NCBI GenBank assembly: GCA_032718475.1
Contig: JAUCBJ010001565.1
Span: forward strand, 1-35,213
Origin: Nemertoderma westbladi
Taxonomy: Eukaryota; Animalia; Xenacoelomorpha
DNA length: 35,213 nt
Direction: 5' to 3'
Below, one piece after another: positions 11,241 through 23,500 of this stretch. The translations under genes and the position numbers were made by a program. Below the pieces are notes generated by a model. The model made no database searches and was not told the DNA's origin. It was given only the letters and a program-made list of their open reading frames with translations. Within the stretch, counting starts at the first letter, position 1. Each line of letters starts with the position of its first letter.

Positions 11241-11426
11241 CTCAGAGACTCTCTTTTCTGATGTTCCTCCGGTTTTGAATGTAGCAATCTCCCCAGCAGC
11301 GGTGTTTTCCCTACCATTTTCATCCTTACTGTACGCGGTGACACGGGTATCGTAATCCGCTCCAGCTTCCAATCCCTCAATCATAGACTGTTGCTCCTCG
11401 TGCCACATTGGGACAGGCTCCGAAGT
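11241..11426 (-). CDS. Nrg: Exon of the same L1/neuroglian-family gene: C-terminal half of the membrane-proximal fibronectin type III domain
   Basis: TSEPVPMWHEEQQSMIEGLEAGADYDTRVTAYSKDENGRENTAAGEIATFKTGGTSEKRVSE has the FN3 I.GL..G..Y..RV.A motif. Acceptor TTTCTATTGCTAG, donor GAG|GTCTGT. 186 nt, phase 0-0, joins in frame to the exon at 1225. Confidence 0.78.
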
Positions 11427-11710
11427 CTAGCAATAGAAATTGGTGTTTCTGTTGAATACCTTTTTTTATTATAATTATATCACTACATCACTACATCACA
11501 ATCTGACAGTAACTTTATAGAAGGAATACAGCAAATTGAATAGAACAAACCGTCTTCCAAAAACAAATGCAAGTAATATCCTTTTTAACAGACTTCGGAT
11601 GTGATTAAATAACTTAATAATATGCTAAAAATCAACATTTCATTCAATTCAACATTACCAACCACTCTCACACCTCCTTACAACTCTATCAGACTTTCTG
11701 TACACTATAG

Positions 11711-11896
11711 GGGTAGGTGTAAAACGCGGATCCGGATCCGGATCCGGATTCAGGATCCGGATACGGATCAGGACCCGGATTTGCGAGTGTAAAAGGCGGA
11801 TCCGGATTTACATACAATCCGTAACTGAGTGTAATATGCGGATTCTGAAATACGCAATCCGTATTGCAGTGTAAAACGCGGATTCATATATTTTGT
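11711..11896 (+). mobile_element. Left TIR-like terminus with subterminal GTGTAAAACGCGGAT motifs
   Basis: GGGTAGGTGTAAAACGCGGATCCGGATC (11711-11738) matches the reverse complement of 31464-31491 at 26 of 28 positions. Confidence 0.7.
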
Positions 11897-13100
11897 GAAT
11901 CCGGAATGGAGTGTAAAATACGGATTTACGTTAATTACCAAGTTTTATTGGATCCGGAATGGAGTGTAAAACACGGATTTTCGTTAATTATCAAGTTTTG
12001 TTGGATCCGGAATGGAGTGTAAAACACGGATTTTCGTTAATTACCAAGTTTTGTTGGATCCGGAATGGAGTGTAAAATACGGATTTACGTTAATTACCAA
12101 GTTTTATTGGATCCGGAATGGAGTGTAAAACACGGATTTTCGTTAATTATCAAGTTTTGTTGGATCCGGAATGGAGTGTAAAACACGGATTTTCGTTAAT
12201 TACCAAGTTTTGTTGGATCCGGAATGGAGTGTAAAACACGGATTTTCGTTAATTACCAAGTTTTATTGGATCCGGAATGGAGTGTAAAACACGGATTTTC
12301 GTTAATTATCAAGTTTTGTTGGATCCGGAATGGAGTGTAAAACACGGATTTTCGTTAATTACCAAGTTTTGTTGGATCCGGAATGGAGTGTAAAACACGG
12401 ATTTTCGTTAATTACCAAGTTTTGTTGGATCCGGAATGGAGTGTAAAACACGGATTTTCGTTAATTACCAAGTTTTATTGGATCCGGAATGGAGTGTAAA
12501 ACACGGATTTTCGTTAATTATCAAGTTTTGTTGGATCCGGAATGGAGTGTAAAACACGGATTTTCGTTAATTACCAAGTTTTGTTGGATCCGGAAAGGAG
12601 TGTAATTCGTTAATTACCAAGTTTTGTTGGATCCGGAATGGAGTGTAAAACACGGATTTTCGTTAAATACCAAGTTTTGTTGGATCCGGAATGGAGTGTA
12701 AAACACGGATTTTCGTTAATTACCAAATTTTGTTGGATCCGGAATGGAGTGTAAAACACGGATTTACGTTAATTACCAAGTTTTATTGGATCCGGAATGG
12801 AGTGCAAAACACGGATTTATGTTAATTACCAAGTTTTATCGGATCCGGAATGGAGTGTAAAACACGGATTTTCGTTAATTACCAAGTTTTGTTGGATCCG
12901 GAATGGAGTGTAAAACACGGATTTTCGTTAATTACCAAGTTTTAATGGATCCGGGAAGGGGTGTAAAACGCGGATTCAATTTATTTACCAAGTGTTACTA
13001 GATCCGGGAAGGGGTGTAAAACGCAGATTGATTCAGGTTGATTACAAAAGTGTTACTGGATCCGGGAAGGGGTGTAAAATGCGGATTTACGTTAATTACT
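11897..13100 (+). repeat. 53-bp tandem array (GGATCCGGAATGGAGTGTAAAACACGGATTTTCGTTAATTACCAAGTTTTGTT)n, about 22 copies, related to the TIR motif
   Basis: GGATCC at 11950, 12003, 12056, 12109, ...; variants recur in groups of about three units; the last units are degenerate. Confidence 0.96.
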
Positions 13101-13107
13101 GAGTTTG

Positions 13108-13182
13108 TTAATGAGGGACACAACTATTAATGAGGGACACACATTAATGAGGGACACAAACATTAATGGGGGACACCTTAAT
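13108..13182. repeat. 19-bp repeat (TTAATGAGGGACACAAACA-like), 4 copies
   Basis: Directly visible between the 53-bp array and the retroelement 3' region. Confidence 0.9.
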
Positions 13183-13184
13183 AG

Positions 13185-16026
13185 TAATTATCAATTAAGA
13201 AAGTTAATTATTACAAACAAATAGAAATACTACAATAATGAAGCACAAATTATAAAAAGCATCTCAGAATAGAGACAAATTACAAAGGGGGCGGGGGAAT
13301 AAGAGTTATAAGGGGGAGGGGAGATGGGATAGGGGGAGCGGGGAACGCAAGTGGAGGAGCCTAGGAGACGAGGTCCAACAGACCCTCGTCCGTGGACCTA
13401 ATCGATCCTAAGATCGAAGCGGCATTGCCGATCTGAATGGCAATGAGGAGCCTCTGTAGGAGGAATCGGTGCGACCGCGGCTCGTTGGTGACACTACGTA
13501 TACGGTCGCCGATCTCCTTCAGGAAACTGCGAGTGGAAGAGCCCGGACAGCCGTAGGTCTCAAAGGCAACCGGGGAGAAGATGTAGCCCCGGTCGACTAG
13601 CTCCCGGTATTTGGCTGTTTTCTTCTCCTCAGCCACCTCCGCAACGCGACCCCCAGCAGTCAGGGCAAGGTGTATGTGGCTGGGACAAAGGGGATCTACC
13701 ACAGTCGCATCCCAAGTGACGGATTTACCATGTTTCCATGGAACCATGGTTACTCCGTCGACTCGCTTCCCGCCACTCCTGCAGAGGCCTGGAGGTTCCA
13801 GCATAGCTGGGATCCTGCAGCTGGTCAACGCACGCTTAACCAGGTCATTGACCATGGCGTGGCGTGCGTGTCGCCCAGCGCTCCTCTTACAGGAGAGGCC
13901 ATGGAGACCGTTGGGTGCGACTGGGTCGTCACAGCGGGCGCATTTGTGAGGCTCGGTGACCGGGCTACCAAGGCGTATTGCGACTGCTACTTGCAACTGC
14001 GCGCCCGTAAGTTTCAGGCCCAGCGAGCTGACCGGAATGGCCTCAAGCCAGCAACCCGACACATCGTTCTTGATACAATTTAGGCGCGCAGTATCGAGTG
14101 GCAGTGCCCCCTCGCGGATGGAAGCAAGGGACGCCTCGTGGACCGGCTGTATCAGGACACGTTGTATGGCGTCAGTGGAGGAAGTGGCAGGTGGTGTGGT
14201 GCCAGTGTGGGAAGTAACTGTGGATGTGGTGTCAGTGGGAGAAGTGAGTGATGGTGTAGGTGCGGTGGCAGTGGGAACGTGAGTGTCTGTAAAAGTTGGA
14301 AGTTGTGCGTCCCGCGCGTTGGTAGCGAGGGCAATTGCAGGATCGGGGTGGCTCCCGTCCGTTCTAAATAGGCGGCCTGAGAGATCGGAGCATGCAGCCG
14401 CTGAGGCAATGAAAGCGGAAGGAGCGAGCACGCATGCTGAACTGATCCCCAGGCCACCCATCCGAACTGGGAGACAGGCCTGGTCCCACGATTTACCCCC
14501 CATGTCACAGTTGGTGATCTCCTGGAGCGCTCCACGGAGCGTCCGATCATACTCCTTAAGGAGCTCCTGGTGTGTGAAACACGGGGCAGCCCGAAGGAAG
14601 TAGACCAGACGAGGGATGGCAAAAGCGTTCTTTAAAAGGTAGAACGCGTGGTGCGCATCCAGGAGAGGGAGTCGTTTGGCGAGGGTGGAGAGGTCGCTGA
14701 TCTTCTCGCGGAGACAGGAGACCATAGCGGAGTCGCCGATGGGTGCACCGAGCATCTCTAGATCTTCGAGCGAGGTGGTAAGGATGCCTGGGCACACCGT
14801 CTCGAACTCCGCAGCGATCTCCAGACGGATCGAATTGGAGACCTCTCCAACTATAAAAAGCTCGGTCTTCTTAGGGTTGATCTCCAACCCGAGCCGCTTC
14901 CCCTCACCCATCACCGTATGTAGGTCCTCCAACACCGTCCGGTGGTCTCCGGCAAGGTTACCATCGTCCAGGTACCAAACGTTGAAGTCAGACTTCATTG
15001 AATGGACCAGGTCGACGGAGGTGTCGCCGAAGAGGGCCGGTCCATCTGCATCACCCTGTTGAATTCCCTCTTCCGAGAGGAGTATCTCATCCCCGTGGAA
15101 AAGGTAGCTTGGCTTGCCATAGGCAGCCAGAGTGTAGTTATACACTTGAGGGTGATTTCGATGGACCGTCTCTAGGATGGAGTCACGCCGGACGGAGTTG
15201 AAGGCGTTCCGAAAGTCCAGTTTCAGTAGAACAGTGCCAGGCGCGGAGGTGGTATTGATTAACGCCCGGGTCGCGTGGGCGGCAGCCTCGGCACCGTTCT
15301 TAGTCCCGATTCCCAGTTGGACGTCCCCGTAGGACTGACTCCGATCCCCACTGACGAGGTGCCCCGAGTATTTGGATGCCAGCCGCCGGAGGGTAAGTCC
15401 GACGGCTATTGGGCGAACCCCGTTGTCAGGTTTACTGAATGCGAAGAGGTTCGCCCCGAAGAAAACCGGTCGAATAACCGGGGGAACCTCGCCAGCGAGC
15501 ACGATCTCAGTGAACCGACACAGACCTTTCAGGAGCCGAGTCGCGGGAGCTCCGTTTGAAGGATCGACGAGGTCCTTCAAGACCTGTGGCCGGAGCCCGT
15601 CCGGTCCACCTGCGCTGCCGGGCGGGAAGGAAGCGATCTTCTGCTTGAGGACCGCCGGGTAGCAGGTGGGCCGGGGGAGATCGGTGGGAGGGGGAGGGGT
15701 TCGGAAGTCAGCCGGACGGGGGGGATGCTTCCCTCGCAGTTTCTCCAACGTCTCGGGGGTATTCGGCGCGAAGGTGGAGGTGGATGAGGCCAGCCGAATA
15801 GCCCCCTTGACGTCGCCGTCCTCGATCTTCTCAGCGACGGTGGTGGCCAGCCGTTCCTCGTCGCTGAGATTGCTCCCCCGCTTGCGATGGGATGGTGAAT
15901 CCGGCGGAGCCTGCAGGGGGTTGGCGCGGAACTCCAGGATGTTCCCGTTGACCTGCAAGGCCAGGGAGCGTTGGTGACGCCCTCCAGCCCGCGCCGGTGC
16001 GGGGATACACCGGGCGCTAAAGGTCA
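13185..16026 (-). mobile_element. 5'-truncated CRE-clade (RLE) non-LTR retrotransposon
   Basis: GC-rich block with an abrupt switch to AT-rich DNA at ~16030; C-rich then T-rich 3' UTR. The 3' boundary is uncertain. Confidence 0.85.
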
Positions 16027-16029
16027 GCT
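13361..16029 (-). CDS. Reverse transcriptase plus restriction-like endonuclease (RLE) protein of a CRE-clade non-LTR retrotransposon, 5'-truncated
   Basis: RT motifs SAGGPDGLRP, KPDNGVRPIAVG, KLDFRNAFNS, GIQQGD, WYLDDG, GLEINPKK; thumb LPVRMGGLG; CCHC knuckle CARC..HGLSC; RH..VN; RLE KRVDG..WDAT..EEKKTAKY..FETYG; C-terminal IQIGNA. The frame stays open upstream of the tracked ORF start (15958) to 16029 and has no true start. Confidence 0.92.
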
Positions 16030-16977
16030 AAAGGTCATTTAAAGTTACTTATTGAGAAAAATTTTTAATATTTAAAATCACTAACGCAGATCAGGCTGTC
16101 AGTATCAGCAGGCCGTAATAAATATCTCGCTCTAAGTTCCTTCTCTAGCATTAGTGTCCTAATCTTAGACACACTTTGTAAAATAAAACAAAATGGCTAA
16201 TAAATTATTCCTACACTACTGAAATAGTATAAATATTATGTACATTTTCTGAAGTAAGGCTCTCATTTCAGATCAATTCCTCATAATGTTAAATCATCTT
16301 AATGAGATTGACTCTAACACCGCTCCCTAAATTTATAGTATATTTCATAGTTACAGTATTACATTAATATGTTAATTGTAGCTTACCTACACTTACTAAT
16401 TATAATATTTAAAGTATATTGCCTAATTGCTTGTGTTGTTTCTACAACAATACAGTGGATATTATTTTCAATTTGAGGTAACATTCATATATTACAGTAC
16501 GTTATTCATAGCGCTGTTTTTAATGTTTCAACTTTAAGTGCAATTTCCCGCTAATTAAAATTTCCCGATCTTTGTGTGTTTAGGTATATATCTCTTGATT
16601 GGTTTGGTAAATTTCTATGAAATTTTCAATGAGTCTAGAATAATAAATTGAGCATGTTTTGTTCTAAAAGCACATCATACAGAGTTGACAAAATTTCGAA
16701 AACCAGTAAAATTGGTTACTCTATGAAACTGAACAATTTAAAACTTGTGCCCCTGAGGCCGTAATAAATATTTTTAAACTATCCTAAATAAAAGTTGTCT
16801 GAAAAGCCATAAAACATGATTGCCAAATTCCAAGGCAAAACCTTTTCTACATGCACACTTATGTGTCCTACATTTATATAGAAGACTTGTGTCCTTATGG
16901 GGGTGCCCTTAAGTTCACTATTGTCTGTTGTGACTCGCGATAGAACCCCGGTTTATTTTTAACTATTTTATTTTCAG

Positions 16978-17099
16978 CTGTGGCCTCGATAGACCCCCCA
17001 CCAGTATATGTTGTTATCGCCGGTGTTGAACCCGTTATGTTTACCAATTTATTTCCTTATTGGCGCCGTGACTCGGAAATAGCAACGGCCAACCGATTG
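16978..17099 (+). CDS. SVIL: Supervillin-like exon, end of the last gelsolin-like repeat
   Basis: VASIDPPPVYVVIAGVEPVMFTNLFPYWRRDSEIATANRL resembles supervillin Y.I.AGLEP..FTN.FP.W. Acceptor TATTTTATTTTCAG, donor TTG|GTGAGT; ends in phase 0. Confidence 0.85.
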
Positions 17100-17344
17100 G
17101 TGAGTTGTGACTGACTACACACATAAATGAGTACCAGTTAAATTACTTGGGAGCAAAACATGGGATAAGAGTAGCGCCCACCCCTATTTTCGGGTAGCAG
17201 ATAGGAGTAGCGCCAACCCCAACCCCCGGGTAGCAACTATCGAAAGATGAGCCTTCGGGTCGCCTCCGGTTTCGGCCGACTGTTTGTTTGCTTGTATCGG
17301 AATTCCATTAATAATTGTATTAATATTATAAACATTTTATAAAG

Positions 17345-17509
17345 GAATACAAATTGGAACCAGATGAATTTCCCGTGCTCAAGGCAACCGATGTGTTGCG
17401 GACTTTAACAGAAATCCGTCTAACTTACCAACAGATCCTAATCCATGACCTTCCGGAGGGAGTTGACCCTCACAAGTTGGAGACCTACCTGGACGATACA
17501 GAGTTCCAG
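17345..17509 (+). CDS. SVIL: Supervillin-like exon, linker and N-terminal part of the villin headpiece
   Basis: EYKLEPDEFPVLKATDVLRTLTEIRLTYQQILIHDLPEGVDPHKLETYLDDTEFQ contains the LPEGVDP.KLE.YL motif. Acceptor TTTTATAAAG, donor CAG|GTTAGT; 165 nt, phase 0-0. Confidence 0.9.
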
Positions 17510-20500
17510 GTTAGTCGGAGACCTACCTGGACGATACAGAGTTCTAGGTTAGTTGGAGACCTACCTAGACGATACAGAGTTCCAGGTTAGTTGGAGACCT
17601 ACCTGGACGATACAGAGTTCCAGGTTAGTTGGAGACCTACCTGGACGATACAGAGGGTCAGGTTAGTTGGGAAACCTACCTGGACGATACAGAGTTCCAG
17701 GTTAGTTGGAGACCTACCTGGACGATACAGAGTTCCAGGTTAGTTGGAGGCCTACCTGGACGATACAGAGTTCCAGGTTAGTTGGAGACCTACCTGGACG
17801 ATACAGAGTTCCAGGTTAGTTGGAGACCTACCTGGACGATACAGAGTTCCAGGTTAGTTGGAGACCTACCTGGACGATACAGAGTTCCAGGTTAGTTGGA
17901 GACCTACCTGGACGATACAGAGTTCCACGTTAGTTGGAGACCTACCTGGACGATACAGAGTTCCAGGTTAGTTGGAGACCTACCTGGACGATACAGAGTT
18001 CCAGGTTAGTTGGAGACCTACCTGGACGATACAGAGTTCCAGGTTAGTTGGAGACCTACCTGGACGATACAGAGTTCCAGGTTAGTTGGAGACCTACCTG
18101 GACGATACAGAGTTCCAGGTTAGTTGGGGACCTACCTGGACGATACAGAGTTCCAGCAGGTTAGTTGGAGACCTGGACGATACAGAGTTCCAGGTTAGTT
18201 GGAGACCTACCTGGACGATACAGAGTTCCAGGTTAGTTGGAGACCTACCTGGACGATACAGAGTTCTAGGTTAGTTGGAGACCTGTACGATACAGAGTTC
18301 CAGGTTAGTTGGAGACCTACCTGGACGATACAGAGTTCCAGGTTAGTTGGAGACCTACCTGGACGATACAGAGTTCCAGGTTAGTTGGAGACCTACCGGG
18401 ACGATACAGAGTTCCATGTTAGTTGGAGACCTACCTGGACGATACAGAGTTCCAGGTTAGTTGGAGACCTACCGGGACGATACAGAGTTCCAGGTTAGTT
18501 GGAGACCTACCTGGACGATACAGAGTTCCAGGTTAGTTGGGGACCTACCTGGACGATACAGAGTTCCAGAAGGTTAGTTGGAGACCTGGACGATACAGAG
18601 TTCCAGGTTAGTTGGAGACCTACCTGGACGATACAGAGTTCCAGGTTAGTTGGAGACCTACCTGGACGATACAGAGTTCCAGGTTAGTTGGAGACCTACC
18701 TGGACGATACAGAGTTCCAGGTTAGTTGGAGACCTACCTGGACGATACAGAGTTCCAGGTTAGTTGGAGACCTACCTGGACGATTCAGAGTTCCAGGTTA
18801 GTTGGAGACCTACCTGGACGATACAGAGTTCCAGGTTAGTTGGAGACCTACCTGGACGATACAGAGTTCCAGGTTAGTTGGAGACCTACCTGGACGATAC
18901 AGAGTTCCAGGTTAGTTGGAGACCTACCTGGACGATACAGAGTTCTAGGTTAGTTGGAGACCTACCTGGACGATACAGAGTTCCAGGTTAGTTGGAGACC
19001 TACCTGGACGATACAGAGTTCCAGGTTAGTTGGAGACCTACCTGGACGATACAGAGTTCCAGGTTAGTTGGAGACCTACCTGGACGATACAGAGTTCCAG
19101 GTTAGTTGGAGACCTACCTGGACGATACAGAGTTCCAGGTTAGTTGGAGACCTACCTGGACGATACAGAGTTCCAGGTTAGTTGGGGACCTACCTGGACG
19201 ATACAGAGTTCCAGCAGGTTAGTTGGAGACCTGGACGATACAGAGTTCCAGGTTAGTTGGAGACCTACCTGGACGATACAGAGTTCCAGGTTAGTTGGAG
19301 ACCTACCTGGACGATACAGAGTTCTAGGTTAGTTGGAGACCTGGACGATACAGAGTTCCAGGTTAGTCGGAGACCTACCTGGACGATACAGAGTTCTAGG
19401 TTAGTTGGAGACCTACCTGGACGATACAGAGTTCCAGGTTAGTTGGAGACCTACCTGGACGATACAGAGTTCCAGGTTAGTTGGAGACCTACCTGGACGA
19501 TACAGAGGGTCAGGTTAGTTGGGGACCTACCTGGACGATACAAAGTTCCAGGTTAGTTGGAGACCTACCTGGACGATACAGAGTTCCAGGTTAGTTGGAG
19601 GCCTACCTGGACGATACAGAGTTCCAGGTTAGTTGGAGACCTACCTGGACGATATAGAGTTCCAGGTTAGTTGGAGACCTACCTGGACGATACAGAGTTC
19701 CAGGTTAGTTGGAGACCTACCTGGACGATACAGAGTTCCAGGTTAGTTGGAGACCTACCTGGACGATACAGAGTTCCAGGTTAGTTGGAGACCTACCTGG
19801 ACGATACAGAGTTCCACGTTAGTTGGAGACCTACCTGGACGATACAGAGTTCCAAGTTAGTTGGAGACCTACCTGGACGATACAGAGTTCCAGGTTAGTT
19901 GGAGACCTACCTGGACGATACAGAGTTCCAGGTTAGTTGGAGACCTACCTGGACGATACAGAGTTCCAGGTTAGTTGGAGACCTACCTGGACGATACAGA
20001 GTTCCAGGTTAGTTGGGGACCTACCTGGACGATACAGAGTTCCAGCAGGTTAGTTGGAGACCTGGACGATACAGAGTTCCAGGTTAGTTGGAGACCTACC
20101 TGGACGATACAGAGTTCCAGGTTAGTTGGAGACCTACCTGGACGATACAGAGTTCTAGGTTAGTTGGAGACCTGTACGATACAGAGTTCCAGGTTAGTTG
20201 GAGACCTACCTGGACGATACAGAGTTCCAGGTTAGTTGGAGACCTACCTGGACGATACAGAGTTCCAGGTTAGTTGGAGACCTACCGGGACGATACAGAG
20301 TTCCATGTTAGTTGGAGACCTACCTGGACGATACAGAGTTCCAGGTTAGTTGGAGACCTACCGGGACGATACAGAGTTCCAGGTTAGTTGGAGACCTACC
20401 TGGACGATACAGAGTTCCAGGTTAGTTGGGGACCTACCTGGACGATACAGAGTTCCAGAAGGTTAGTTGGAGACCTGGACGATACAGAGTTCCAGGTTAG

Positions 20501-23500
20501 TTGGAGACCTACCTGGACGATACAGAGTTCCAGGTTAGTTGGAGACCTACCTGGACGATACAGAGTTCCAGGTTAGTTGGAGACCTACCTGGACGATACA
20601 GAGTTCCAGGTTAGTTGGAGACCTACCTGGACGATACAGAGTTCCAGGTTAGTTGGAGACCTACCTGGACGATACAGAGTTCCAGGTTAGTTGGAGACCT
20701 ACCTGGACGATACAGAGTTCCAGGTTAGTTGGAGACCTACCTGGACGATACAGAGTTCCAGGTTAGTTGGAGACCTACCTGGACGATACAGAGTTCTAGG
20801 TTAGTTGGAGACCTACCTGGACGATACAGAGTTCCAGGTTAGTTGGAGACCTACCTGGACGATACAGAGTTCCAGGTTAGTTGGGGACCTACCTGGACGA
20901 TACAGAGTTCCAGGTTAGTTGGAGACCTACCTGGACGATACAGAGTTCCAGGTTAGTTGGAGACCTACCGGGACGATACAGAGTTCCAGGTTAGTTGGAG
21001 ACCTACCTGGACGATACAGAGTTCCAGGTTAGTCGGAGACCTACCTGGACGATACAGAGTTCCAGGTTAGTTGGAGACCTACCTGGACGATACAGAGTTC
21101 CAGGTTAGTTGGAGACCTACCTGGACGATACAGAGTTCCAGGTTAGTTGGAGACCTACCTGGACGATACAGAGTTCCAGGTTAGTTGGAGACCTACCTGG
21201 ACGATACAGAGTTCCAGGTTAGTTGGAGACCTACCTGGACGATACAGAGTTCCAGGTTAGTTGGGGACCTACCTGGACGATACAGAGTTCCAGCAGGTTA
21301 GTTGGAGACCTGGACGATACAGAGTTCCAGGTTAGTTGGAGACCTACCTGGACGATACAGAGTTCCAGGTTAGTTGGAGACCTACCTGGACGATACAGAG
21401 TTCTAGGTTAGTTGGAGACCTGGACGATACAGAGTTCCAGGTTAGTCGGAGACCTACCTGGACGATACAGAGTTCTAGGTTAGTTGGAGACCTACCTGGA
21501 CGATACAGAGTTCCAGGTTAGTTGGAGACCTACCTGGACGATACAGAGTTCCAGGTTAGTTGGAGACCTACCTGGACGATACAGAGGGTCAGGTTAGTTG
21601 GGGACCTACCTGGACGATACAGAGTTCCAGGTTAGTTGGAGACCTACCTGGACGATACAGAGTTCCAGGTTAGTTGGAGACCTACCTGGACGATACAGAG
21701 TTCCAGGTTAGTTGGAGACCTACCTGGACGATACAGAGTTCTAGGTTAGTTGGAGACCTACCTGGACGATACAGAGTTCCAGGTTAGTTGGAGACCTACC
21801 TGGACGATACAGAGTTCCAGGTTAGTTGGAGACCTACCTGGACGATACAGAGTTCCAGGTTAGTTGGAGACCTACCTGGACGATACAGAGTTCTAGGTTA
21901 GTTGGAGACCTGTACGATACAGAGTTCCAGGTTAGTTGGAGACCTACCTGGACGATACAGAGTTCTAGGTTAGTTGGAGACCTGGACGATACAGAGTTCC
22001 AGGTTAGTTGGAGACCTACCTGGACGATACAGAGTTCCAGGTTAGTTGGAGACCTACCTGGATGATACAGAGTTCCAGGTTAGTTGGAGACCTACCTGGA
22101 CGATACAGAGTTCCAGGTTAGTTGGAGACCTACCTGGACGATACAGAGTTCCAGGTTAGTTGGAGACCTACCTGGACGATACAGAGTTCCAGGTTAGTTG
22201 GGGACCTACCTGGACGATACAGAGTTCCAGCAGGTTAGTTGGAGACCTGGACGATACAGAGTTCCAGGTTAGTTGGAGACCTACCTGGACGATACAGAGT
22301 TCCAGGTTAGTTGGAGACCTACCTGGACGATACAGAGTTCTAGGTTAGTTGGAGACCTGTACGATACAGAGTTCCAGGTTAGTTGGAGACCTACCTGGAC
22401 GATACAGAGTTCCAGGTTAGTTGGAGACCTACCTGGACGATACAGAGTTCCAGGTTAGTTGGAGACCTACCGGGACGATACAGAGTTCCATGTTAGTTGG
22501 AGACCTACCTGGACGATACAGAGTTCCAGGTTAGTTGGAGACCTACCTGGACGATACAGAGTTCCAGGTTAGTTGGGGACCTACCTGGACGATACAGAGT
22601 TCCAGAAGGTTAGTTGGAGACCTGGACGATGCAGAGTTCCAGGTTAGTTGGAGACCTACCGGGACGATACAGAGTTCCAGGTTAGTTGGAGACCTACCTG
22701 GACGATACAGAGTTCCAGGTTAGTCGGAGACCTACCTGGACGATACAGAGTTCCAGGTTAGTTGGAGACCTACCTGGACGATACAGAGTTCCAGGTTAGT
22801 TGGAGACCTACCTGGACGATACAGAGTTCCAGGTTAGTTGGAGACCTACCTGGACGATACAGAGTTCCAGGTTAGTTGGAGACCTACCTGGACGATACAG
22901 AGTTCCAGGTTAGTTGGAGACCTACCTGGACGATACAGAGTTCCAGGTTAGTTGGAGACCTACCTGGACGATACAGAGTTCTAGGTTAGTTGGAGACCTA
23001 CCTGGACGATACAGAGTTCCAGGTTAGTTGGAGACCTACCTGGACGATACAGAGTTCCAGGATAGTTGGAGACCTACCTGGACGATACAGAGTTCCAGGT
23101 TAGTTGGAGACCTACCTGGACGATACAGAGTTCCAGGTTAGTTGGAGACCTACCTGGACGATACAGAGTTCCAGAAGGTTAGTTGGAGACCTGGACGATA
23201 CAGAGTTCCAGGTTAGTTGGAGACCTACCTGGACGATACAGAGTTCCAGGTTAGTTGGAGACCTACCTGGACGATACAGAGTTCCAGGTTAGTTGGAGAC
23301 CTACCTGGACGATACAGAGTTCCAGGTTAGTTGGAGACCTACCTGGACGATACAGAGTTCCAGGTTAGTTGGAGACCTACCTGGACGATTCAGAGTTCCA
23401 GGTTAGTTGGAGACCTACCTGGACGATACAGAGTTCCAGGTTAGTTGGAGACCTACCTGGACGATACAGAGTTCCAGGTTAGTTGGAGACCTACCTGGAC

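Noticed and set aside
11897-13100. Same 53-bp period as the L1 donor array
   Set aside because: The units share no sequence and this one relates to a TIR motif; treated as coincidence.
13611-15977. Multiple plus-strand and alternate-frame ORFs over the retroelement
   Set aside because: Shadow ORFs of GC-rich coding DNA with no recognisable motifs.
9765-17293. Inverted match between ~9765-9830 and ~17228-17293
   Set aside because: Best explained as two copies of a dispersed repeat end (another relic near 29055), not as paired termini.
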